Source: Octopus sinensis
Lineage: Eukaryota
Assembly (NCBI RefSeq): GCF_006345805.1
Contig: NC_043026.1
Location: 8,308,001-8,372,000, forward strand
Direction of reading: 5' to 3'
Length of the DNA: 64,000 nucleotides
In this document: piece after piece, positions 13,340 to 23,648 of the stretch
How positions within the stretch are numbered: the first letter of the stretch is position 1
How the letters are laid out: every line of letters starts with the position of its first letter
Notes under the pieces: generated by a model
The model's input: the letters and a program-made list of their open reading frames with translations, nothing else
Databases searched by the model: none
Told to the model about the DNA's origin: nothing
Translations under genes and position numbers: made by a program

Positions 13340-14670
13340 TAATAATAATAAACATTGTGTACAGTGCTCAGGTGCACTACAACTCATCTAAAAGTGTATA
13401 TATATCAGGTGTAGTTTTGACGGACTTTTGGAAAGCATGAGGTCACCTTAAAGGGTGCATCTGTCACTGGCAGTCAACAACTGACGCAGGCAGTTTTATT
13501 CCATGTTTCAGCAACTCTGAGCGTGAAAAAATTTTTCCGAAAGTCATGGGCTGTGTTGTTTTCTGACTTTGTAGGCATGTCCACGTGTGTTAGACACTGA
13601 GATCAAAAAGGTGTTCAGTGTTTGTTATTGGTGGAGGTGTTGACAACTTTGTGGGCGTTTACCATTTCGTCGCCAGACGCCGGAGCTTTCAGTGAATCCA
13701 TGCCCATATAATAATAATAACGAAATTATTGTATCAGTGCTCAGGTGCACCACAACTTGTCAGAAAGTGCGTATAAGCATCTGCAGTAATTTACAAATGT
13801 CTGGAAAGCGAACAATGTATTAGTCAGATACATTCTTGTGTGTGTATGGAGGGGGAAAATCAGTGTAGTGTTGGCGATCTCAGGAAGCAGGAAGTTTGAA
13901 AGATGCACATCTCCGCAGCTAACATGATTCCTGCAGTTTGTTTCCATGCTTCTTACTCTCAGCATGAAAAAAGTTTTCCTAAGTCATGGGAGCTGTGCTG
14001 TTTTCTGACTTTGTAAACATGTCCACGGGTGTTAGACGGGTGGAGTTTTTAAATAATAATAATTATGACATTATTGTATACAGTGCTCAGGTGCACCACA
14101 ACTTGTCAGAAATGCATATAAAGCATCTGCAGCAATGTACAAAGTCTGGAAACGACAGTGTATGAGTCAGATCATGCTTGTGTGTGTATGGAGGGGAGAA
14201 ATCAGGTGTTGTGTTGGCGAATCTCAGGACATGGAAGTTTTGAAGGATGCAATGCTCCGACAGCTACAACTGATGCCGGCAGTTTGTTCTATGCTTCAGC
14301 AACTCTCAGCGTGAAAAATGTTTCCTAAAGTCATGGAGCTGTGCTGTTTTTCTTACTTTGTAAATGTCCACGGGTGTTCGATGGGTGGAGTTTGAAAAGG
14401 TGCTCAGAGTTATTGTTTCTAAGATGGTTGATAATTTTATGGGTGTCTGCCAAGTCAGCTGCCAGACGTCGGAGTTTCAACGTGTCCATGCCCAGGGAAG
14501 TAAGGCGTTCAGAATATGGCAGATGCCTGATGGAGGGTATTCTCTTGGTTGCACGTCTCTGAACGGCTTCCAGACGATTAATATCCAGGGCAAGATAGAC
14601 TGGTGATGCAAATTCCAGGTGAGGTCTTACAATAGCTGTATAAAGCCACAGATAGATAGCCGGAGAGCGG
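13340..14670 (-). mobile_element. Three serial CR1/L2-type LINE 3' fragments
   Basis: LYTAIVRPHLEFASPV...LEAVQRRATKRIP...LRRLAADL in 14331-14675; related 3' ends recur at about 13340-13720 and 13730-14045. Confidence 0.8.
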
Positions 14671-15018
14671 CACACAAAGGATCAGCTAGTAATAACAGTA
14701 ATCCTTTCTATCATAGGCATAAGGCCTGAAATTTTGGGGGAGAGGGTTAGTCAATTATATTGACCCCAGTGTATGACTGGTTCTTATTTAATTGACCCTG
14801 AAAGGATGAAAGGCAAGGTCAACCTCAGTGGAATTTGAACTCTGAATGTAAAGATGGATGAAATGCTGCTAAGCATTTCACCTGGCATGCACAGGTTCCG
14901 GGTTCAGTCCCACTGTGTGGAATCTTGGGCAAGTGTCTTCTACTATAGCCTTGGGCTGACCAAAGCCTTGTGAGCGGATTTGGTAGACGGAAACTGGAAG
15001 AAGCCCGTCGTATATATG

Positions 15019-15050
<32 letters not shown>

Positions 15051-15544
15051 CATATATAATATATATATATACATATATATACATATACATATATATATAT
15101 ATATACATATATGTGTGTGTGTGGTTTGTTCCCCTAGCATTGCTTGATAACCAATGCTGGTGTGTTTACGTCCCCGTCACTTAGCGGTTCGGCAAAAGAG
15201 ACCGATAGAATAAGTACTGGGCTAACAAAGAATAAGTCCCGGGGTCGATTTGCTCGACTAAAGGCAGTGCTCCAGCATGGCCGCAGTCAAATGACTGAAA
15301 CAAGTAAAAGAGTAAAAGAGAGAGTATTTCTGTTGAGACGCTCTGTGTTTCTTTCAATTAATTTTAAATATACAAAGAATTTAGTAAAATAACTTAGTTA
15401 TCATTCAGCTAGTGTTAGGAACATAAATTGTGGCTAAGGTTTGGTGGAAGATTTTTTATTCAAAACTTATGAAAACAAGACGTTTGTACTCAGAGCCAGA
15501 GCTGGTTTCAACCGGGTTGGTAACGAAAGGGTTAAAAACGATAA

Positions 15545-15842
15545 TCTTTATATATAAAAGTCAAGTTGTGTGAGTGTCTGTCTCCTACGATTTAGATTCC
15601 TAACTACTACCACATTTTGCGGTGCAGTTTAACCAAAAGCGGGTATCTTATAGTCGTGATTCATATCGAGCCCTGCTGGGTATTAGCGTGCGTCTACGAT
15701 GAGTCTACGATTTAAAAAAAAAAATTACCATCATTTTTCCGCATTTTTAATGATTTTTGTTCGGGTCATATAAGGGAAGTAACTCTCTAAAAATGTAGTT
15801 ATTTCCCTTACAAACCCGAGCAACGCAGGGCGATACTGCTAG
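15545..15842 (+). mobile_element. Non-autonomous Helitron, about 300 bp
   Basis: A|TC start, CTAG|T end, subterminal hairpin CCCGAGCAACGCAGGG. Other copies at 52817-53130 (+), 22578-22963 (-), 28000-28283 (-), 30519-30885 (-) and about 49550-49826 (-). Confidence 0.85.
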
Positions 15843-16044
15843 TGATTATTATTTCTACTCTAGGTACAAAGCCTTGAAAATTTTTGGGAAAGGGGGCTAG
15901 TCTGCAACCACCATCACTTTAGCAGAGTTCACTTTCTTGTAAGCCTTCTGGTCAGGTCTCCAAGGTCGTGTATAGATCGTGGGCAGTGGTGGTGGTCATG
16001 CATGGCTGCAACCAGTAAAAAGATATGCAAAGAGGACAACTTAC

Positions 16045-16280
16045 CAGTCTGTTGATGCCAGTTGCAGCGAGGTAGTTGGCTTGCGGAGAGAACTTGCAGC
16101 AGTACACGGCGCTGTGCATCGGCATCTGAAGTGTGTGGGTCATGTTCCCATCATCGTGGAGGTCCCAGAACTTTAGGGTACCATCATGGGAGCCAGACAG
16201 CAGCATTAGGCTGCTGTTGGGAGCAAAATCAAGGCAACTGACTTGTTTGGTGTGGTCGTGGAGGTAGAGGAGCAGGTGTC
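16045..16280 (-). CDS. WSB1: WSB1-like exon 4 (GHLLLYLHDHTKQVSCLDFAPNSSLMLLSGSHDGTLKFWDLHDDGNM...ATGINRL)
   Basis: Acceptor aaaacag, donor gtaagt, 236 nt, phase 1 to 0. WD40 repeats including the WSB signature WDLxDDGNM. Confidence 0.93.
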
Positions 16281-16293
16281 CTGTTTTGCGGAT

Positions 16294-16560
16294 GGAAAGA
16301 AGAGGAGAGATGTGAGAGGAAAGAAGAGGAGAGATGTGAGAGGAAAGAAGAGGAGAGATGTGAGAGGAAAGAAGAGGAGAGATGTGAGAGGAAAGAAGAG
16401 GAGAGATGTGAGAGGAAAGAAGAGGAGAGATGTGAGAGGAAAGAAGAGGAGAGATGTGAGAGGAAAGAAGAGGAGAGATGTGAGAGGAAAGAAGAGGAGA
16501 GATGTGAGAGGAAAGAAGAGGAGAGATGTGAGAGGAAAGAAGAGGAGAGATGTGAGAGGG
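16294..16560. repeat. 24-bp minisatellite, about 11 copies (GGAAAGAAGAGGAGAGATGTGAGA)
   Basis: Perfect tandem units directly upstream of the WSB1 exon 4 acceptor. Confidence 0.95.
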
Positions 16561-16683
16561 AACACCGAGATGAAGAGAGAAACGACAACTGCAATGACAA
16601 CCACAACAACAAAAACAATAGTAACAACAACAACAGCAGCAAAACCATAGCAACAATATCAACAACAACAACAATGTACAAAC

Positions 16684-16919
16684 CACTGTAAGCGTTCCAC
16701 AGTTGGATCCTGCCGGAACTTACTCCGACGGCCAACACCAGACACTTGTCGAACGGAATCAAGCAGGGTCGGTCATGGTTGGAGCCGTCATCCAGAATGG
16801 TTGTGTCGCCATTGCAGAGGTGGTAGTCTTGCTGGAGTTTTTTCGGTTTGGGGGCTGTACTGAACGCCAGGGAGCACACGTGTTCGCCACAGTCTATGGT
16901 GTGCTTAGATTCCAGAGAG
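16684..16919 (-). CDS. WSB1: WSB1-like exon 3 (SLESKHTIDCGEHVCSLAFS...LAVGVSSGRIQLWNAYS)
   Basis: Acceptor tgtttacag, donor gtttgt, 236 nt, phase 2 to 1. Matches WSB1 HIIDCGDIVWSLAF...LATGLNNGRIKIWDVYTG. Confidence 0.9.
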
Positions 16920-16959
16920 CTGTAAACAGATAGGGGACGTCTTAGTGGATGACAGCAGA

Positions 16960-17470
16960 AGGGGGTCATAAGAGGGTGACGGTAGGGGGTGGAAGCCACA
17001 GAAGGAGATGGTGGTGGGGGTGGTCATAAGAGGGTGACTGTAGGGGGTGGAAGCCATAGAGGATGGTGGTGGGTGGTCATAAGAGGGTGACGGTAGGGGG
17101 GGTCATAAGAGGGTGACTGTAGGGGGTGGAAGCCATAGAGGGAGATGGTGGTGGAAGTGGTCATAAGAGGGTGACGGTAGGGGGTGAAGCCACAGAAGGA
17201 GATGGTGGTGGGGGTGGTCATAAGAGGGTGACGGTAGGGGGTGGAAGCCACAGAGGGAGATGGTGGTGGGGGTGGTCATAAGGGGGTGACTGTAGGGGGT
17301 TGAAGCCATAGAGGGAGATGGTGGTGGGGGTGGTCATAAGAGGGTGACGGTAGGGGGTGGAAGCCATAGAGGGAGATGGTGGTGGAGGTCGTCATAAGGA
17401 GTGACGGTAAGGGGTGGAAGCTATAGAGGGAGATGGTGGGGGGGTCATAAGAGGGTGACTGTAGGGGAGA
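16960..17470. repeat. G-rich ~60-bp minisatellite, about 8 copies
   Basis: GGGGGTGGTCATAAGAGGGTGACGGTAGGGGGTGGAAGCCA units. Confidence 0.9.
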
Positions 17471-18338
17471 GGTGATGGAGGTGATAATAGTGGGAGACCA
17501 TAAAGAGAAATGGTAAGGGAGGTTACAGGGATTAATGGCAGGGAAGAAGATCATGGGGGTGGTTCACAGAGGAGAGAGCATTAGGGAGTTTGTAAGGGAG
17601 AGGTCACAGGAAGAGATGGTAGGAGAGAATTCCTGTGGCTGACAGTAGGGAAGGGGGTCACAGGGGTGATAGGTAGGGGGCGAGGTCATGTGGGAACATC
17701 TTAAGAGCTGGTGGCGGGGAGGACTGAGAAGGCCGATGGGAGTCAATTATTTGCTTTAATCAAAGAATTTGCATCATTCAACATCATTATGCTAATTTTT
17801 CCATACAGGGAACAGGCTACAGCAATAGCAACAGCAATAGTAGTAGTAGTAGTAGTATTGTTTTAACCAACATCAAAATGTGTAATTGGATGCATTGGGT
17901 TGTCGGTAAGTAGCTTGTTTACCAACCACATGGTTCCGGGTTCAGTCCCACTGCGTGGCATCTTGGGCAAGTGTCTTCTGCTATAGCCCCAGGCTGACCA
18001 ATGCCTTGTGAGTGGATTTGGTAGACGGAAACTGAAAGAAGCCTGTCGTATATATGTATATATAGGCGCAGGAGTGGCTGTGTGCTAAGCAGCTTGTTTA
18101 CCAACCACATGGTTCCGGGTTTAGTCCCACTGCGTGGCTGGCACCTTGGGCAAGTGTCTTCCACTTTGTCCCCCTAGCATTGCTTGACAAGCCCAGTACT
18201 TATTCTATCGGTCTCTTTTGCCGAACCGCTAGGTGACGGGGACGTAAACACACCAGCATCGGTTGTCAAGCAATGCTAGGGGGACAAACACAGACACACA
18301 AACATACACACACACATATATACACATATATGACTTAC

Positions 18339-18507
18339 ATTTTGTTGAGTTGAGCGTCCCATGGACATAAAACCACATAGCCATTACCACATGACCAAGC
18401 GAAGTATTTGCCATCTGGTGACCAGGCAATGGCCCTTGTGGCGATTTTATTTGCATTCCTTGCGTTTCTGTGAGGAGACTTGAGTTCGTATGTCAGGTGG
18501 GCTTGGA
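18339..18507 (-). CDS. WSB1: WSB1-like exon 2 (QAHLTYELKSPHR...AIAWSPDGKYFAWSCGNGYVVLCPWDAQLNK)
   Basis: Acceptor ttttgtctttcag, donor gtaagt, 169 nt, phase 1 to 2. Matches the WSB N-terminal WD motif AFxPDGxYFAWSxG...V.L.PW. Confidence 0.9.
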
Positions 18508-21308
18508 CTGAAAGACAAAAAAAAAACACAACAGAGTCAGTTTCCATAGCAACAGCAATGAGGTGAATTGGGAAATAAATCAGTAGAGCAATTAATACGA
18601 CTAGCACGAACCATGAAAATAGCAACTTTCTCTTCTGCAGATGTACGTACCTATTTCTTTAACTACCCACAAGGGGCTAAACACAGAGAGGACAAACAAG
18701 GACAGACAAACGGATTAAGTCAATTACATCGACCCCAATGCGTAACTGGTACTTAATTTATCGATCCCCGAAAGGATGAAAAGCAAAGTTGACCTCGGCG
18801 GAATTTGAACTCAGAACGTAACGGCAGACGAAATACCTATTTCTTTACTACCCACAAGGGGCTAAACACAAAGGGGACAAACAAGGACAGACAAACGGAT
18901 TAAGTCAATTACATCGACCCCAATGCGTAACTGGTACTTAATTTATCGATCCCCGAAAGGATGAAAAGCAAAGTTGACCTCGGCGGAATTTGAACTCAGA
19001 ACGTAACGGCAGACGAAATACCTATTTCTTTACTACCCACAAGGGGCTAAACACAAAGGGGACAAACAAGGACAGACAAACGGATTAAGTCGATTACATC
19101 GACCCCAGTGCGTAACTGGTACTTAATTTATCGACCCCGAAAGGATGAAAGGCAAAGTCGACCTCGGTGGAATTTGAACTCAGAACGTAACGGCAGACAA
19201 AATACGGCTACGCATTTCGCCCGGCGTGCTCACGGTTCTGCCAGCTCGCCGCCTTACATACATGTCTCCTCTCATAACAATAAGCATTTAAACCTAATAA
19301 TAACAAAGAAAGAAAAGGTAGGTGGGTGCCCAAGCATGGCCACAGCCTTTGGTCTAGAACGCATAAAAAGTAAAATGCAACATCCTCAGTTATTTGCTAA
19401 TTAAAGTAATTACACTCTTTACTCCTTTACTTGTTTCAGTCATTTGACTGCGGCCATGCTGGAGCAACGCCTTTTAGTCGAGCATATCGACCCCGGGACA
19501 TATTCTTTGTAAGCCCAGTACTAATTCTATCGGTCTCTTTCTGCCGAACCGCTAAGTGACGGGGACGTAAACACACCAGCATCGGTTGTCAAGCAATGCT
19601 AGGGGGACAAACACAGACACAAAAACGCATATATATATATACATATATACGACGGGCTTCTTTCAGTTTCCGTCTACCAAATCCACTCACAAGGCTTTGG
19701 TTGAGGCTATAGTAGAAGACACTTACCCAAGGTGCCATGCAGTGGGACTGAACCTGGAACCATGTGGTTGGTAAATAAGCTACTTACCACACAGCCACTC
19801 CTGCGCCTATATATATATATATATATATACGACGGGCTTCTTTCAGTTTCCGTCTACCAAATCCACTCACAAGGCTTTGGTCGGCCCAAGGCTCTAGTAG
19901 AAGACACTTGCCCAAGATGCCACGCAGTGGGACTGAACCCGGAACCATGTGGTTGGTAAGCAAGCTACTTACCACACAGCCACTCCTGCGCCTTTTTCTG
20001 CTGAAAATTCAACACAACAGATTTTCATAAATAAAGCTTAGCCTAACTGGCCTAATATTTTGTTGTTCTTACAAACATTGCCCCCTTTTGGCCTTCCCAT
20101 TATTGCCCACTCTCGGAACCACTATGAATAAATAAGCTTTACGTATGACAGAGTAATATTTATTTTTAACCCTTTAACATTTCAACTGACCACATCGGCT
20201 CAACTATTCTACTTGTTTTATAGTCAAACTGGCCAGATCCAGCTTCTCACACCTACCCAACAACATAACGTATTTTATAAATATAAAAAGCCACATTATC
20301 AGAATCTCAAAGATACAAAATAATGCAAGATTAATTCAAAACAATGTGAAAGAAGAGAAAAAAGTTATCGGAAGGTGGCGAGCTGGCAGAACCGTTAGCA
20401 CGCCGGGCGAAATTCTTAGCAGTATTTCGTCTGCTGCTATGTTCTGAGTTCAAATTCCGCCGAGGTCGATTTTGCCTTTCATCCTTTCGGGGTCGATTAA
20501 ATAAGTACCAGTTACGCACTGGGGTTGATGTAATCGACAATCCGTTTGTCTGTCCTTGTTTGTCCCCTCTGTGTTTAGCCCCTTGTGGGTAGTAAAGAAA
20601 TAGGTATTTCGTCTGCTGTTACATTCTAAGTTCAAATTCAGCCGAGGTCGACATATCCATTCATCCTTTCGGGGTCGATTAAATAAGTACCGGTTATACA
20701 CTGGGGTCGATGTAATCGACTTAATCCCTTTGTCTGTCCTTGTTTGTCCCCTCTGTATGTAGTAAAGAAATAGGTATTTCGTCTGCCGTTATGTTCTGAG
20801 TTCAAATTCTGCCAAGGCGGACTTTGCCTTTCATCCTTTCGGGGTCGATTAAATAAGTACCAGTTACACACTGGGGTCGATGTAATCGACTTAATCCGTT
20901 TGTCTGTCCTTGTTTGTCCCCTCTATGTTTAGCCCCTTGTGGGTAGTAAAGAAATAGGAAGGGCGATGCATGTCCTGCCCAAAGATAAATTATTCCGCAA
21001 ATTGTAGCCGACAGCTAAAAGTAGACTTGATCGATGTCTACGCCAAACGCATATCAGTAAAATTTGCATACGACTAAATAAATGATTATTCAAATAATAA
21101 TCACGACTATGAAAAAGAAAGTGAAGAAAATGAAATACTTATAGAAAGGGAATAAGAGAGGATTACATTCGACAGTAATCCGAATGCTAAAGGGTTAAAT
21201 CAGAAGGATTGCATCACAGAAACATGGATGGTTTTGAGAGAGAGGGTGGGGGGGGGGGCAGAAAAGAGAGAAAGAGGGGAGAGGGAGGAGGGGAGAGAAA
21301 GAGAGAGA

Positions 21309-21700
21309 GGCGCAGGAGTGGCTGTGCGGTAAGTAGCTTGCTTACCAACCACATGGTTCCGGGTTCAGTCCCATTGCGTGGCACCTTGGGCAAGTGTCTT
21401 CTACTATAGCCCCGGGCCGACCAAAGCCTTGTGAGTGGATTTGGTAGACGGAAACTGAAAGAAGCCCGTCGTATATATGTATATATATATATATATATGT
21501 GCATGTGTGTGTTTGTCCCCCTAGCATTGCTTGACAACCAATGCTGGTGTGTTTATGTTCCCGTCACTTAGTGGTTCGGCAAAAGAGACCGATAGAATAA
21601 GTACTGGGCTTACAAAAGAATAAGTCCCGGGGTCGAGTTGCTCGACTAAAGGCGGTGCTCCAGCATGGCCGCAGTCAAATGACTGAAACAAGTAAAAGAG
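21309..21700 (+). mobile_element. tRNA-derived SINE family A (GGCGCAGGAGTGGCTGTGTGG...GAAACAAGTAAAAGAG), representative copy
   Basis: A/B-box-like head (GGTTCAGTCCC) and central (TA/TG)n. About 25 full or partial copies in both orientations, e.g. 5540-5940, 11100-11520, 12070-12575, 14890-15320, 19410-19993, 24670-25060, 25420-25830, 26780-27310, 29640-30210, 33470-34860, 40676-41240, 42010-42370, 50490-50880, 58630-59050 and 61205-61490. Confidence 0.9.
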
Positions 21701-22963
21701 TATATATATATATATATATTTATTTATATATATATGTGTGTGTGTGTGTGTGTTTGTCTCCCCTAGCATTGCTTGACAACCGATGCTGGTGTGTTTGCGT
21801 CCCCGTCACTTAGCGGTCCGGCAAAAAGAGACCGATAGAATAAGTACTGGGCTTACAAAAAGAATAAGTCCCGGGGGTCGAGTTGGTCGATTAAATTAGG
21901 CGGTGCTCCAGCATGGCCGCAGTCAAAGCGACTGAAACAAGTAAAAGAGAAGCGGGGAGAGCAAAAGAGAGAGAGAGAGAGAAGGAGAAAGAGAAAGAGA
22001 TAGAAAGAGGGAGGGAGAGAGAGAGAGAGGGGGGATGGTACATATTTTTTGAAAATTTCAATGCCAGCCAATTTCTCAACAAACAAATACTACTATTTAG
22101 CTGTCAAATCGATGCTATCAGCTAAAAAAATAACTCCAACAGCTGCTCTCAAACAGTCAGACACACCACCACCACCAAAACCACCGCCGCCACCACATTC
22201 TTTTCCTCTTATCAATGTCACTACTGCTGCTGCTTCTAGCCCTGCTGTTGTAGTTATTAACAGACAAACAAACACCGCTGCCTCCTCCATTCCCCCATGT
22301 CAAGGGCAAACACAAGAACGCCATTTAGAAGTTTAGAAGTTTACTCGGCAAATATGTGGTTTCATGTTTTAGTCCCACAGCAAAGCACTTTGAACAACGA
22401 GTGTCAGTGTCGTTTGCTATGGCCCTGGGCCTACGATGCCTTAGGAGGGAATTTTGAGAGTTAGAAACTCTAGGAAAGAAAGCTCATATACGCATTGTGA
22501 ATGTGTACATGCACAAATTTCACCCCAAGTAGTTTTTCGCTATGGAAAAGGACCATATTCGGTAAAATTATATATAACTAGCAGTATCGCCCGGCGTTGC
22601 TCCGGTTTGTAAGGGAAATAACTAAATAAGCACTTTTAGAGATGTAAAGTATAATAGCCATCACAATATGGCTAACCACAAAGGGGGGGGGGCTGTTACT
22701 GTAGCTTTTTACGTTCCAAGATTTAATAATAAATTTTTAGAGAGTTACTTCCTTATATATGCCAAAAATGCATTAAAAATGGGAAAAAATGATGGTAAAT
22801 TTTTTTTTAAATCGTAGACGCGCGCTAATACCCAGAAGGGCTCGATATGAATCACGACTATAAGATACCCGCTTTTGGTTAAACTGCACCGCAAAATGTG
22901 GGAGTAGTTAGGAATCTAAATCGTAGGAGACAGACCGCACACAACCTCATTTATATATAAAGA

Positions 22964-23310
22964 TTATAACAATGAGGGTCTTTGCAACAGGTTGCTAGAC
23001 CACATACCGAAAGTATTAGAAATAGCAGCCAGAAGACTTATTTCTTTTACTACAAAAATATGTCCCACATAATTATGTTGATGAAGGAAATGAATCTCTG
23101 ATTCTAATCCAGAAACGTATGCGTCCATAATTGACCGGAGACTGTTTGATTTCGGTATTTTTCTTTGTTTTTTTGCCATAGTGAGTTACAAATACTGTTG
23201 TCTGTATGACATATTTTTGTAGTAAAAGAAATAACAGTCTTCTGGCTGCTATTTCTAATACTTTCGGTATGTGGTCTAGCAACCTGTTGCAAAGACCCTC
23301 ATTGTTATAA
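22964..23310. mobile_element. Foldback/MITE-like element with ~101-nt inverted arms, in WSB1 intron 1
   Basis: 22964-23064 is the reverse complement of 23208-23310 apart from a 2-nt indel; 143-nt spacer. Confidence 0.8.
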
Positions 23311-23421
23311 TATATATATTGCTTATAACAGATTATTTTTAAAAAAGACACTCATTATCAATGTGGACACCATGTAGGCAGTCATCAAAAAGTTTTTGTT
23401 CATCTTGAGGCTGAAAGAGGC

Positions 23422-23518
23422 TCCTTATCTTTCCTGACGAGAAGATGGCATAATGCACCCTTTATTCCTTCGGAATTAAGAGTATGCCGTCTTCGAAACA
23501 TGTGTCGAGAGTAAAGGA
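23422..23518 (+). ncRNA. Type I hammerhead ribozyme (minimal stem III), antisense in WSB1 intron 1
   Basis: CTGACGA 23434-23440; 12-bp stem II GAAGATGGCATA/TATGCCGTCTTC; GAAA 23495-23498; stem III AC(ATGT)GT; GTC triplet 23504-23506; stem I CTTTC/GAGAG, then a 2x2 internal loop, then TCCTT/AAGGA. Confidence 0.75.
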
Positions 23519-23580
23519 ATTTTGTTAAAATCTTCGTTCGACTCCATTCTTTCATTTATTCATATAAAAAAAAAACATAC

Positions 23581-23620
23581 AAATTTCCACACAAGAACCT
23601 GGAGTTTCTACCCTTGACAT
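23581..23620 (-). CDS. WSB1: WSB1-like, putative coding exon 1 (MSRVETPGSCVEI + 1 nt)
   Basis: ATG at 23620, 40 nt, then GTATGT donor. The phase-1 end joins the phase-1 start of the 18507 exon (T+TC = Phe). There is no sequence similarity support; the call rests on splice signal, phase and position. Confidence 0.7.
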
Positions 23621-23640
23621 GTAGCTTCAACCGTGTTTTC

Positions 23641-23648
23641 TGACGTGA
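23641..23648. promoter_or_regulatory. TGACGTGA motif (UPRE/CRE-like, contains the ACGTG HRE core), 21-28 nt upstream of the putative WSB1 ATG
   Basis: Motif match only. Confidence 0.25.

Noticed and set aside
15952-16999. 244- and 256-aa ORFs that run through WSB1 intron 3
   Set aside because: The repeat-filled intron happens to lack stops. Canonical splice sites give the conserved protein, and the 403-nt intron is not a multiple of three.
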